From contig OX597834.1 of NCBI GenBank assembly GCA_951406725.2, forward strand, positions 3,720,001-3,784,000: a stretch of DNA of 64,000 bases, read 5' to 3'. The notes below the pieces were generated by a model that saw only the letters and a program-made list of their open reading frames with translations, had not been told where the DNA came from and did not search any database. Numbering within the stretch: the first letter of the stretch is position 1; each line of letters begins with the position of its first letter. The stretch comes from Octopus vulgaris. Taxonomy: Eukaryota. The translations under genes and the position numbers were made by a program. Below, in pieces: positions 25,832-39,964 of the stretch.

Positions 25832-26910
25832 GAAGGAAAACTGATCCAGATAGCGGCAAAACACGAGCAAAACAAAAAACTGTTCTCAGTATTTAAGGAA
25901 GCTGACAAATACAAACAAGAAATCATACCACCTAATAAACATGAAGAAGAAGAAGAAGATGAAGAAACAACAAAAGCTATAAAAAAAATGAAATCCAAAC
26001 TAAAAATAGAACAGCAACGAACCATGATAAAACGATGGCAAGAAAAGCCCCTTCATGGTAAATACTGGACTAAACTAAACGCAAAAGAAATAGACAAAGA
26101 AAAATCCCAGCAATGGTTGAGAAGCTCAGGACTCAAAGCAGAAACAGAGGGATTTTTAATTGCAGCACAAGACCAAAGCCTCCCCACCAGAAATTACCAA
26201 AAACATGTAATGAAAAGAAATATTACAAGTAACTGCAGAATATGTGGAGATGGACAAGAAACAATAAATCATATTATCTCTAGCTGCCCAGTCCTGGCTA
26301 AGAAGGAATATATTCACAGACATGACAGAGTTGGAACTTACATACATTGGAAGCTATGCCAACATTATGGAATAACAACAGAAAAAAGATGGTATAGGCA
26401 CACACCAGAAAAGGTCACAGAAAACGAGAAAGCAACCATACTCTGGGATATGCCGATACACACAGATAGAGAAATTAAGGCCAACAGACCAGATATAGTT
26501 GTCAGAGACCATGAAGAAAAAAAATGCTTTCTAATTGATGTATCAGTACCGGCAGATGACAACGTGTCTCTAAAAGAAATGGAGAAACTCTCAAAATACA
26601 AAGACCTGGAAATAGAGGTAACTAGAATGTGGAATCTGAAAACAGAAACAATTCCTATCATAGTAGGTGCATTAGGCATGATAAAAAAATATTCAGACAA
26701 ATACATAACAAAAACACCAGGACTTACAAACACATATAACATACAGAAAATTGCACTACTAGGCACTGCACACATCCTACGCAGAACACTTTCCATACAA
26801 TAACCATCAGAGCATCACAACAAATCACAGCACATACCCAAGGCACACAGAGCTGCGCTCGGTAGTGAAGTGAAAGCACGCTATAAAAATAAAAATAAAA
26901 CTACTGAATA

Positions 26911-26912
<2 letters not shown>
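25832..26912 (+). mobile_element. R4/Dong-like RLE LINE, 5'-truncated, subfamily B, open C-terminal ORF
   Basis: ORF 25988-26803 has a CCHC finger (CRICGDGQETINHIISSC), RHD, and RPD..LIDV..K..KY restriction-like endonuclease motifs. Confidence 0.9.
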
Positions 26913-26998
<86 letters not shown>

Positions 26999-27789
26999 CA
27001 AAGTTTGGCACAAGGTAATCAGTTACATTGATCCCAGTGCTCAACTTATTTTATTGACTTTGAAAGAATGAAAAGCAAAGTCGACCATTTGAACTCAGAA
27101 TGTAAAGACAGATGAAAGGTTGCTAAGCATTTTGCCTGGTGTAATAATAGTGATAATAATAATAATAAGGTTGAGGTATCAAAGGTTGACCAAGCAATAC
27201 AACAGATTAGAACTAATAACGAAAAGAATAATTTGTAATATGCGGCTGCATATATCATGAAGGAACAATTTGGTCAGTTGAAGGGGAGGACAGTGAGAAA
27301 AAAGGATGAGCTATTCTGGAAAAGGAGGATTTGCAGAATGCATAGAAACATGGAGGAAAGACCTCAGTATGATCAAAGAGGTGAAACATAATAATATAAG
27401 GTTCAATGGGGTGGATAGCATGTACATGGAGAGAAAACATCAGCTGAGTGAGAAAGGGTAATGGTTACATTGGGAATATGCTAAAACAAATTATTGGCAG
27501 GAAAGCCAAGATGAAAAGGCATGATGAACTTATTCTCCAATTCCAGGAAAATAAACTTTCTCAACACCAACAAGAAGTTGTTTTACTGTCAGCTGAATAG
27601 AAAGGAACATGATCAAACTGAAATACCCCAAGACTGGATGGTTAAGACTAAAATGGTTCTGATGATGAAAGATCCACAAAGGGTGCTGAAGTAGGGAATT
27701 TTAAACCTACTGTGCTAAAAGACATCATCTGGCTCCAGTAATTTCAATTAAAGTATAAAATATTTCATAAAGGATTTCAACTGACATGA

Positions 27790-28295
27790 CTAGAACTAAT
27801 AATAGCCTTGAAGGTTTTCATAATGCCTTACAAAATTCAATTTCATGCCAACATCCAAATGTCTGGAAATTAATGAATACACACCACTGGTGGAGGCGAT
27901 TTTGGTGCAGAAAAAGAAAATTTATTTGAAACGGAGAGTGCAAATAACTTCAAACCAGGTTTACAAAAATTGCAACAAGCAACTGATAACTTTACTCAAA
28001 AGCTATGATCCTTGCCAGAAAATGTCTCTCTTAAAAGCTGTGGCATATAATCTGAACGAAGTTTCAGTTTTAGTAAATTCTTTTATAGTTTTATGGTTTT
28101 CATTGTCCCCCACATAAAAAGTCTTTCTTTTAATATCTGTTATTTTATTCTTTCTTGATTTTTCTTTCAAAATTAAATCTTTATCACTTTATACCTGTTA
28201 TGAGCTGTCCTATATATCAGTTGTCCGAGATATTAATTGTCCAGGTATGAGTTTTCCAATATGAGTTGTCCTGGTATCAGTTGTCTTGGCATGAT
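27790..28295 (+). mobile_element. MULE-like transposase C-terminal remnant plus TGAGTTGTCC subterminal repeats
   Basis: RTNNSLEGFHN..CQHPNVWK motif; tandem GAGTTGTC units at 28195-28290. Confidence 0.5.
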
Positions 28296-28732
28296 CAGAA
28301 GTAAAGAACATTTCCCCCTTTATACCCTCAAAATCACAATAAAAGGTAGCTCAGATTGATTTACAAAGGGACATTTTTATACCAGTTGAAGTAAGGTTTA
28401 CAAGACTGTACGCCTAATTTTTAAAACTGAGGGCAGGACAAAGAAATAGGCTGACACACCTACCCATTCACTAGTGCTGTAGTATGTGTGTCAATGCAAT
28501 AAGAGGAACACAGTTAAGGTGGTAGTAAGAATCTTGACTCTTGGCATGTCTCTGTTGAGGAGTGAGTCAATTAAGACAATCCTTAATATTATTTGTTTCT
28601 TTCCTAAATATACTTCAAATTCAGAACAGTTATATACTTTAACGCATTTGGCCTAATTTTCACTAATTCTGTCACAGCTTGGTGCTTAAGACTAAGAAAA
28701 ATAAAATTGAAAAGAAAATAATTTTTACTTAC

Positions 28733-28958
28733 ATCCTTTTTCATCTGTAAATGACAGTGAAATGATACTGTCCCGGTGCAGGTGGCTGCTGGGAGAATTA
28801 ACATCCATCCGTGACGCACGGCGTTTCCTTAATGTCAAACTTGCTCTCCTGGCCATTCGTGCAAGAACCGTTTCCTCGGGATATGTGTCTTGAATATGGA
28901 TTTTCCATGTCGCTTCTGAGTTGAAGGAAGGATCAGCTGCGTAACACCGCCAAACACA
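28733..28958 (-). CDS. KCNQ1: KCNQ1 exon 9 (helix A IQ motif end, A-B linker)
   Basis: TTTGCAG acceptor; CVWRCYAADPSFNSEATWKIHIQ...FTDEKG; GTAAGT donor, phase 1; 226 nt. Confidence 0.93.
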
Positions 28959-28993
28959 CTGCAAAGATATGTGCACACAAACCTATACATATA

Positions 28994-29460
28994 CTAGCAG
29001 CTAAGTCCGGTTTCACCCGGTCAGTTTGGATGATGGGGCTGTAAAACCTGCTCTGTGAAAGCATTCAACTTGTTTGGGCATGCTTACTTTAAAAAGCAAT
29101 TTTAGAATGACTTTTTTCTGACAAAATGCTAAAAATAACGGACCAACAAAAAAAAGACAACCAAGATTCAACCAAATCAAAAAATAAACTCAAATACTGA
29201 TTTGTTAGTGGGCAGTTTAGCTTAATGGTAAAGCACTATGACCAGTAATCACAGGGATGTGAGTTCAAGTCTCATTGCTGACCACTGGCAAATTTTTCTG
29301 TAATAATATGGATATTTTATCCTGTTTCTGCCATTCTGTTAGCATTATTCTGTGTTTGAGAATTAATTATTTCTGTATCTTTCAATACATCTCAATGCTT
29401 CTAAAAGGCAAACTTTGTTTACTTTCATTGTAATTTGAATTATATATATATATATATAAT
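28994..29460 (-). mobile_element. Non-autonomous Helitron-like element carrying a tRNA-like sequence
   Basis: 3' CTAG at 28994 with a GC-rich subterminal hairpin; tRNA-like 29210-29284 on the + strand. Confidence 0.55.
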
Positions 29461-30599
29461 GGGAAGGTTTACGAAAATAAACAAAAGACGAAGGCAGGTG
29501 GAGTACAAACAAACAATGTATTAGTATGGCGCTCAGGAATAGAAATAGAACAAGTCTTTTACGTTTTGACCCTACGCTCTTCAACAGAAAGATACACAGA
29601 AAAGAAACACGGAGAGAAACAAGGAGAGAGAAAAATGTGTGTAGGAGCTAACGGTCTATCATGGCATTCTGACTTCAGGTAGAAGTCAGAGGTCAGAGGT
29701 CAGACGTTAGATGCTAGAGGGAAAGTAGGGGAGATAACAGGGTCAAGTGACTTCACTTCAACACGAAGATGCGTGTGTGTATAAGAAAGTATGTATGTGC
29801 GTGTGAAAGAGGGCTGGTGGTCTGGACGTGTGTATGTATGCATGTGTGGGTGTGGAGATATGGAGATGGGTGTGTGGGTGGTGTGTTGTGATATGATATG
29901 TGTATGTATGTGTAGGTGTAAAGATGTGGGGATGGATGTGTGGGCGGTGTGTTGTGGGTGGTGTGTTGTGATGTGATGTGTAATGTCGTATGGTGTAGTG
30001 TAGTGTGGTGTGATTTCGTTTTTGTGTTTGGTTTGCAAGATTCTTTTTGTGAATTCATGTGTTGAAGCATATTTTATTGTGTCAGGGGAGAGTCATTCTG
30101 TTTTAATGCCTTATTAATTAACACACCCACTGGTTCGATTTCCATTCATTTAATTTTGTTTTTCTAAAATTTTCATTGCTTCTTGCAACCTCTTCAATAG
30201 TTGTTGACTCTGTCCGTTATTGGAGCTGCATTCTTTTTGTATGCGTATTTATGCACATGTATGTGCATCAGTTTGCATGTGGATACACATATGTATGTAT
30301 GTATATATATGTGGATGTATGTATATATATATATATATATGTATGTATGCACATGTGAGTATGCACATATATATATGTACGCATGTGTGTATGTTTGTAT
30401 GTATGTATTTTGCATATTCATGTGTTTGTGTGTTCATATTTGTGTTTATGTGTGTGTGTATGTGTGCGTGTGCGTGTATATGGTCATGTGTTTCAGTCTT
30501 CTTTTGTGTATGTATGTGTGTATGTGCGTGTGTGTGTGCACTTGTCTGTCCACATTACTTATGTACCTATCTATCAACTTAGCTATCTGTTTACTTACA

Positions 30600-30634
<35 letters not shown>

Positions 30635-30655
30635 ATATCTATCTATCTATCTATA

Positions 30656-30718
<63 letters not shown>

Positions 30719-30759
30719 ATATATATATATATATTAAATATATGTCTGCATAACAGCCT

Positions 30760-31125
30760 ACAAACAAATCAACCTGTGGTATGTCTAAACTGTGGGTTTT
30801 GTGGTATCACTACCTTCTATATATGTCTGCTATTTAGTACCGGGGATGTTTCATTTATGAGGATGTACTCCTGGAATTGTCTGAGTATTGGGTCCTCTAG
30901 GTGCTTAGATAAAATGCAGATGCCAAGTCATCCCAATGTGCCTTCATGTTGGTCTTTGGCATGTTGGTAGATTATGGAGGACCGTTTTTTATTGTCATAT
31001 TGTTTGAAATGTTCATTTAGTCTCTCCGCAATGCTCCTAGATGTCTCACCAATGTGTGTCATGTTCTTGTCTTTACAAGCTTCCTCTATACACCTTATGC
31101 TGTAGACTACATTTCTAGTTCTAAA
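30760..31125 (-). mobile_element. Penelope GIY-YIG endonuclease fragment
   Basis: RNVVYSIRC..C...HIGETSRSIAERLNEH..SIIYQH. Confidence 0.75.
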
Positions 31126-31180
31126 GTTAAACTTTATTTTAATTATTTTAATTTGTATTTTATTTGCTTATCTTGATTCA

Positions 31181-31378
<198 letters not shown>

Positions 31379-32300
31379 CTATAATATAATAGAAGCTTCC
31401 ATTATGTATATGCCAAGAAAGGGAGAAAATGAGAAGAGAGTAAAATAGAGAAAGAGAGTGAGAAAGGGATTACTTAAAAAGGGAAATTCCATAAAACATC
31501 AACAAGAATACATCAACAATAAACTAATAAACAATTTTGGCACGTAAAAGGCACCGACCGATCATGGCCGTTGCCAGCCTCCCCTCGCACCTGTGCCAGT
31601 GGCACATAAAAAGCACTAACCGATCATGGCCGATGCCAGCCTCCCCTCGCACCTGTGCCAGTGGCACATAAAAAGCACTAACCGATCATGGCTGTTGCCA
31701 GCCTCCCCTGGTACGTAAAAAGCACCAACCGATCGTGGCCGTTGCAAGCCTCTCCTGGCACCTGTGCCGGTGACACGTAAAAAGCACTAACCGATCGTGG
31801 TCGTTGCCAGCCTCCCCTGGCACCTGTGCTGGCGGCACATATATAGCACCCACTACACTCACGGAGTGGTTGGCATTAGGAGGGGCATCCAGCTATAGAA
31901 ACACTGCCAAATTTGACTGGCCCCTGGTGCAGCCTCCTGGCTTCCCAGACCCCGGTCGAACCGTCCAACCTATGCTAGCATGGAGAACAGACGTTAAACG
32001 ATGATGATAATGATGAGGATGAGTTATTATTATTTAATAATATATATAACATTTATAATAAATATACAACTGCAGAACGATGCTAGCTATAATATATTGT
32101 CTCCGAGTAACTTCTCTTAAGAGACTTTCTGAGCTAAAAACATAGACCTCCCTCAGAATGTTACTGGTACATCAGCAGAGTACAGTACTTTGACTTGAAT
32201 TGACCTCCTCCATAATGAGCAGCCAGGAGCATTTTTGTTTCAATATAGAAATCAGTAGCTGATCGCTATATTTTAACTTAGCTCACAATATCCGGCAGAT

Positions 32301-32334
<34 letters not shown>

Positions 32335-32833
32335 GACAAAGAACATGCCTCCTCATTGATATTACTGTCCCAATCGATATAAACGTATCTGTCAAGACTT
32401 ACCAAAAACTAAGCAAATATAAAGATCTTGAAATAGAAATTAGCAAAATGTGGAACCTGAAGACTAAAACAATACCTGTTGTCATAGGTGCCCTGGGAAT
32501 AATAGCGAAAGGGGCTGATTGCTACCTAACTCAGATACCAGGAAACCGCAAAATGGCAGAAATTCAAAAGGTTGTGCTCATGGGAACTGCTCATATCCTA
32601 TGCAAAATACTTTCTATGTAATCTCAAGTTTTAAAACAAACATAATTTTCGTATGTTTTAAAAAAAAATTTATTTATTAGACATTCACTAGTACAACACT
32701 AAAAAAACCCCCCAAATATATGGCACACTAGGCATAACAGCAACATGAACTTCCAACCTGTTGTCTCTTGGAGTCTCTGGGTGAGACTTGGAGCCAACTT
32801 GTACAAATATAAAGCAAAGGTCAAACATAAAAT

Positions 32834-33351
<518 letters not shown>

Positions 33352-33625
33352 TTAATAATGATGATGATGATGATGATGATGATAATAATATGTGAGAGTC
33401 TTGTGGGTGTATTTTATAGCTATGTTGGTTTATATTTGATCTGATATGTATAGTACTGTATTTAATTGAATTTATAAGATATACCTCATTATTCTATGAG
33501 TGGTTTTTGTCATGTCTTGAGTGGTTGAGACTAAAATATTTTCATGGCAGCAGATCATTGCATCATGTTTTTTGTTTATTGTTTCACAAATGTTCTCATT
33601 TGTTCTGCCAATTGAATATATATAC

Positions 33626-33705
<80 letters not shown>

Positions 33706-34204
33706 GCATGTGTGCGAATGTGTTTATATCTTATCTCTTTCTCTTTGTGCCTATTATGCTCTTATCTTACTTATTTGAGAAGATCCACATCTGTTGCTGT
33801 CGCTGTAAACAGCGGTCATGACTACAAATGTTGCCATAGTAACCAGATAATTCCTCAAATGTCTTCTTTTTTTTTTTTCAATTAACTACCTATGCTTTTT
33901 TTGTTTAACCTTCATAGGGTATTTAGAGCTTTTGTTGCTGCTATTATGACTATTAATACCACAAATATTAAAAAAAAAAAAAAAAGCAATTGCTGTTTCA
34001 ATCCTCTAATTAACATGAAGTTTCATTACTGATGGATTTGTGTGTGTGTGGCATTTGGGGAGGGAGCAGTAATGTGGAAAGTACATTTGAGCGTCGACTG
34101 TGATTGAGGTAACCTAGATTAGTACATTATTCTTATGGTCAACTTTTACTCGCAGCCAATTTAACACTTTACCACTAATTCAGTTTTGGCTCAATCTTTT
34201 CTCT

Positions 34205-34608
34205 TTCACTTTTCTCTTTTACTTGTTTCAGTCATTTGACTGCGGCCATGCTGGAGCACCGCCTTTAATCGAGCAACTCGACCCCGGGACTTATTCTTTG
34301 TAAGCCCAGTACTTATTCTATTGGTCTCTTTTTTGCCGAACCGCTAAGTGACGGGGACGTAAACACACCAGCATCGGTTGTCAAGCAATGCTAGGGGGAC
34401 AAACACAGACACACAAACAAACACATATATATATATACATATATACGACAGGCTTCTTTCAGTTTCCATCTACCAAATCCACTCACAAGGCATTGGTCGG
34501 CCTGGGGCTAAAGCAGAAGACACTTGCCCAAGATGCCACGCAGTGGGACTGAACCCGGAACCATGTGGTTGGTTAGCAAGCTACTTACCACACAGCCACT
34601 CCTGCGCC
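34205..34608 (-). mobile_element. SINE family 1 copy
   Basis: Similar to 10249-10653. Confidence 0.9.
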
Positions 34609-34879
34609 TATCTTAATTCGGTTTTTTTTTTTTTGCACTATGATGGACCAGTGGTAAGCTACACTTTGACATAAAATAATCGATATTTGGTTCAGCAGAA
34701 AAAAGTTAGGAAAAAAATGTAGGGCCAAAAATGGGAGAGTAACGCCTAATATTTAATTTGATTTGTAATTTCTCAGGTATTTAAAAGAAAAACTGTATTT
34801 TAATTATGACTATTTAAGAGAACTCAATGAATAGAATCTTTTGATGAAAACCTTGTTAAAAGATATATATATACCCAGA

Positions 34880-36000
34880 CCTATTCCCCGTTTTTTTAAG
34901 ACGGGGTGGCCACAACAAGACACACACCAGGCATTCCATTCAACACCAGGCATCCTCCTCTCCTCTTACAGTCCTCAACATTTAACAGTTTTTGCTAAAA
35001 TGCTCTGCCCATCTCGTTTGTACATCCTCCTCACTTCCGTTCAACAAATTTCCATTCACATCCTTCCTCCAACCACCTCCCCTTCCTCCAACCACCTCCC
35101 CTTCTTCCAACCACCTCCCCTTCCTCCAACCACCTCCCCTTCCTCCAACCACCTCCCTTCTTCCTCCAACCACCTCCCCTTCTTCCAACTACCTCCCCTT
35201 CCTCCAACCACCTCCCTTTCCTCCAACCACCTCCCCTTCCTCCAACCACCTTTCTTACCCTCTCTACCTCTTTCCAAAACATACTTTTTATTTCTTACAA
35301 AACTTTCACTCAACTTTTTCCCAGACCTTTCACTTGCCTCCCATTTCGCCACCCTCACGACTCTCTTTACTCTCCCTTTCACTTCTCTGTAGCGATCATA
35401 AGCCTCTCCGTCCCCTTTCTGCAACCACTCTTCAAAGGTCCTTTTCTTCTCTGCCACCATATCCCTTACCTGCTCATTCTAACACCTCACATGTACATCT
35501 CATTACTGCCTCTCTAAAAGCCTCCTTCCCATTTCTTAACCTGTTCATACTCACCTCTCAGTTTCTCTACATATTCCTGCTCCTTCTCTCTCCTATCCTA
35601 GTTCACTCACCTTCACAACCTCTCACCTTCATAACCTCTCTCATCTCCCTCTCACTCATCTAGCATTCCATTTTGAGCATACCTTCAACTTACCCTGTAC
35701 TAAGAAGTGATCTGACACACCTCCACCTTCATCTCTCGTTACATGCACACCCACCAATCTTCCTACCACTCTATTATCAATTAACATACAATCTATCAAG
35801 GCCTTATACACCACTGTTTCTCCCTCCACCCTCCACCTCTTACCCACCACCAACTCCTGCTCTGCACCCATTTCCAACAAACTCCTTCCTCTCTAATTCC
35901 AACCAGGAACTCCATATTTTCCTTCTACATTTTCTACTTCCTCATTTCCCATTTATGCATTCAAATCCCCAAACACCATCACATAACCACTTTTCTCTAA
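34880..36000 (-). mobile_element. Degenerate LINE fragment (APE end and linker) with an internal purine/pyrimidine minisatellite at 35065-35250
   Basis: LIDCMLID..SDHFLV and VQTRWAEHF motifs; CCTCCAACCACCTCCCCTT-type units. Confidence 0.65.
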
Positions 36001-38296
36001 AAATAGATTTCATGGTCTTTACCATTATTGATCATGGGATTTTACCAACTGCAATAAGATTAGCAGTTTCCACTTTATAGAATTATGTACGTCCTTTTGC
36101 TCTATAAGACATGCAACAGTTAAAGTTCACAATGTCTTGAGAGTGTCTTTCATGCATTCATAAGTTAGATGAGAGCGTGTGGCGTATGGCAGCTTTCCTT
36201 CTGAAAAAAGTTTTAAGGTACAAAATGTCTTGAACACCTTTCGATAAAGTAATTTCGAAATGTGATAGTTATTTTATTAAAAAAATTAATATTGGATAAG
36301 AAAGTTTTCCACACTTGTACCTGAAAGTTTTGTGTAAGAATAATTTTTTAAAAAAAAGCTCTCGTATTCATCTCACGAAGATATGTTTTAAAAAAGTTTA
36401 TCTGTATTAAACTTTAAAAAAGTTTATCTGAGAGTCAAGACTATTGAAAAGGTTGCAAGACGCAACGAAAATTTTAGAAAATAAAAATAAGAAATAAGTG
36501 GAAATTTTACCGGTGAGTGTGTTAAACAATAAGGCACTAAAAGAGAATGACTCTCTCCAGACACAACAGAATATGCTTCAACACACGAACTCATATAAAG
36601 AATCCCCAAAACGAAATATCTGTATTAAGTTTGAATTTAATGTCTGTTCCAACATCAGCGAGTGATAAGTCGTGTAAACATTCACATATATTGTGAAGCG
36701 ATGGTGAGAAGGCAGCAAGGACATAGTTTTGTTCTGGGCAAATTAGAATAAACTGAGCAGAATTCTAGAATTCCATTTCGTGTATGATTCTATACTAGAC
36801 AAAATCAGCAACTAAAATCCACCCCTGAATCCAAGTGTGCCACAGAAAGCTATGCTAGAAATAACGTTTATCACCATATATTTCTTTACTACCCACAAGG
36901 GGCTACACACAGAGAGGACAAACAAGGACAGACAAACGGATTAAGTCGATTATATCAACCCCAGTGCGCAACTGGTACTTAATTTATCGACCCCTAAAGG
37001 ATGAAAGGCAAAATCGACCTCGGCGGAATTTGAACTCAGAACGTAACGCCGGACGAAATACCACTAAGCATTTCGCCCGGCGTGCTAACGTTTCTGCCAG
37101 CTCGCCACCTTAAAATATTTCTTAACACCTCTTGCGCAACAAATGTGAAGGGCAACAACTCGTATTGACCTTACCGATACAAGAAAGACAAATCAATGAC
37201 TTGGATTCGTTTTACTAAGCACAGATGAGTAGGAAGTTTTTGAACCTAGAGGGAAGGGACGAAACAAAATACGGTAAGGCGTCAGTCCAGCTATGTACAG
37301 GTTTTGAAACTCCACTGCTTTTCGAAAATATGAAGGTATACCAATCAAAATAAAACTAAAAGATCTGTATTTATATGTTCAAATTACATGTATCTAAAAA
37401 CCCACAGATGGTCGGACTGCCTACGTGGTTACTGTTGCTACAATTACAACCAATGCTACGGATGCTGCTGTTGCTGTTGAGCGAACGGTCTTCGTCCCAG
37501 AGCTCGCAAGGTGGGAGAAGTCCGAAACGTGGTCCTTTGCTATTCGTAAGACCTGCAGAAGAGAAAGCAGATCAACTCCCTCGACACCGAGAGCATCGAC
37601 GGATGTATGAATGCGCATCCAGGCTCAGCGGTTGCGTAGGAAGTCGGGGACAAGAAACAGGAAGAAAGAGTGAGAGACAGTTGGGGCGAAAGAGTACAAC
37701 AGGGGTCGCCACCACCCCTTGCCGTGGATCTTTTGGTGTTTTCGCTCAATAAACACACACAACACCCGGTCTGGGAATCGAAACCGCGATCCTCCGACCA
37801 CGAGTCCGCTGCTCTAACCATTGGGCCATTGCGCCTCCACTGATGCTGCTGCTATTTTGGTTATAAGCAATCGTAAGAAATACAATGTGTCCCCTATTCA
37901 GTGATGTAACTGTCCTTAAAGACTAAAGGTGTTATGCTCAAACACAGCTGTGACATTTATACGGAACACAGAAGATAGAAGGATGTTTTCTTTATACGGA
38001 GAGTCTAAATGAAAAACTACAAGAAGTATTATCAGGATAATAATTCCATCTTTCTATATTAATAACTCCGTTTCGAAGAATTGGTAGAATATTGGACAAA
38101 ATGCCTTATGATATATAGTTACATCACTTCAAAACTTTGAGTTCAAATCTTATCAAGTAGATTGTTTTTCGTCCATTTGGGGTTAGAAAAACAAGTACCC
38201 GTCAATTATTGGTGGAGGTGGTGGGGGAGTCAGTATAAGAAACGGTTCCTGCTACTAAAATATATGGCTTTATACCCATGCTAGAAATAAACACTT

Positions 38297-38736
38297 GGAT
38301 CTTTTCAGTTTGAACGGCAGTTTTTTCTAGCGGTGTCATATGAAATTGTTACTCATAATTATGACCCTAGTATCGATCTATTGCATTTCAATCTGTTTTA
38401 GCGTTAGGGTTAGTTAGGGTTAGGGTTATGGTTAGGGGTGGGGGAAGGGTATCTTTTTTTCTTCACAAATGTAAATAAACTCAATCTGTTTCTTAAACGA
38501 GGGACATATTCATACGACACAGAATGTTGTTTTTACCTCAATAGACGTCACTGATTGGTTGAAATTGCAGAAATTGAAGAAAAAAAACAACAAATATCTT
38601 ACAAACTATAGAATTTTCTCAATAAAGCCAAGAGAAAAAGATGTTTTATAAACACATTCTACCAGTATACGAAGTTTTAAATTTTTTAGTTACCTAGAAA
38701 TTATGTTAAAAACTGCCGTTCAAACCGAAAAGATCC
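38297..38736. mobile_element. MITE with 29-bp TIRs and internal TTAGGG repeats
   Basis: GGATCTTTTCAGTTTGAACGGCAGTTTTT / AAAAACTGCCGTTCAAACCGAAAAGATCC; imperfect 8-bp flanking duplication. Confidence 0.85.
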
Positions 38737-38942
38737 CAACATTTTTATGTTTGAGACTTTATTTTATTAGGAAAGCTGAAGAGATTTGAGATGGAATTAA
38801 TCAAGACCGTACAGAATATTTGAATTTTTATACCGACAACAAGTAATAGGGGTGGGAGAAGGGTAATATGCAAATATGTACAAGCATTCATTCGTCTTGA
38901 TTTGATGCAGAGTTATATAGAAATAAGGAATCCAAGACTTAC

Positions 38943-39053
38943 GGCTGGTAAGGCAAAGAATGATATTGCAAAAACAGCAAAGCAGGATGCAACTATTTTA
39001 CCAAGCCAAGTTTGTGGCACTTTATCACCATAGCCAATGGTCATCACAGTTAT
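38943..39053 (-). CDS. KCNQ1: KCNQ1 exon 7 (selectivity filter, S6)
   Basis: TTTCCAG acceptor; [37 protein letters not shown]; GTAAGT donor; 111 nt. Confidence 0.98.
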
Positions 39054-39964
39054 CTGGAAAAGCAAAGCAAAATAAGAGTTTCAAGGCAATTCATGGTAAT
39101 ATATAAAATCATAGAAGAAAATCAATAGTTAGTTTTTAATCAAGCATAAGATTAGAGTCATCATCATCATCATCATCATCATCATCTGTAGTCATGGTTA
39201 CAGCATCATTCTCTTTGATGTCTTTGTTATTAATGTCATCATCATCATCATCATCATTGTTTAACGTCCGTTTTCCGTGCTAGCATGGGTTGGACGGTTC
39301 GACTGGGGTCTGGGAACCCAGGAGGCTGCACCAGGCTCCAGTCGGATCTGGCAGTGTTTCTACAGCTGGATGCCCTTCCTATAACGCCAACCACTCTGAG
39401 AATGTAGTCGGTGCTTTTACATGCCACCAGCATGAGGGCCAGTCAAGCAGTACTGGCAACGGTCACGCTCAAATGGTGCTTTTTATGTACCCATGCATGG
39501 CTCAGTAGTTAGAGTGTCGAGCTTACGATCATGAGGTTGTGAGTTCAATTCCTAGACTGGGCCGCGTGTTGTGCTCCTGAGCAAGGCACCCCATTTCACG
39601 TTGCTCCAGTTAACTCAGATGTAGAAATGAGTTGCGACATCACTGGTGCCAAGCTGTATCGGCCTTTGCCTTTCTCTTGGATAACATCAGTGGTGTGAAG
39701 AGGCGAGGCTGGTATACTGATAAATGGAATATGTAGGAAAGGAGTTAGAAAGAATTCTATTCATTGCATCCAGTACAAGCTTTGGACACATATAAGGTGC
39801 AGTGGAATCACAGGTTAACAAATAACGTTTTCTTTGTATATGTCAGATGCACAAGAACAATAAGCACTAAGGACTCATGCAAATTAGATTCTCTCAAATG
39901 CCCAGAAGACTACCTTGAGTGGTCGTTAGTTTCTGTTACCTAGGTGACCAAATTAGCAGTGGTT

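Noticed and set aside
25988-26803. 271-aa ORF as a nested host gene
   Set aside because: It has CCHC plus restriction-like endonuclease motifs, a repeat tail and other copies in the window, so it is a LINE fragment.
29210-29284. Functional tRNA gene
   Set aside because: The acceptor and T stems pair poorly and it lies inside a repeat. SINE heads elsewhere were likewise not called as tRNAs.
29555-29590. Additional hammerhead-like motif (TTGAAGAGC..AAAACGTA, minus); also CTGAGGA near 2554 and CTGAAGA near 56124
   Set aside because: The core or stems are too degenerate to support a call.
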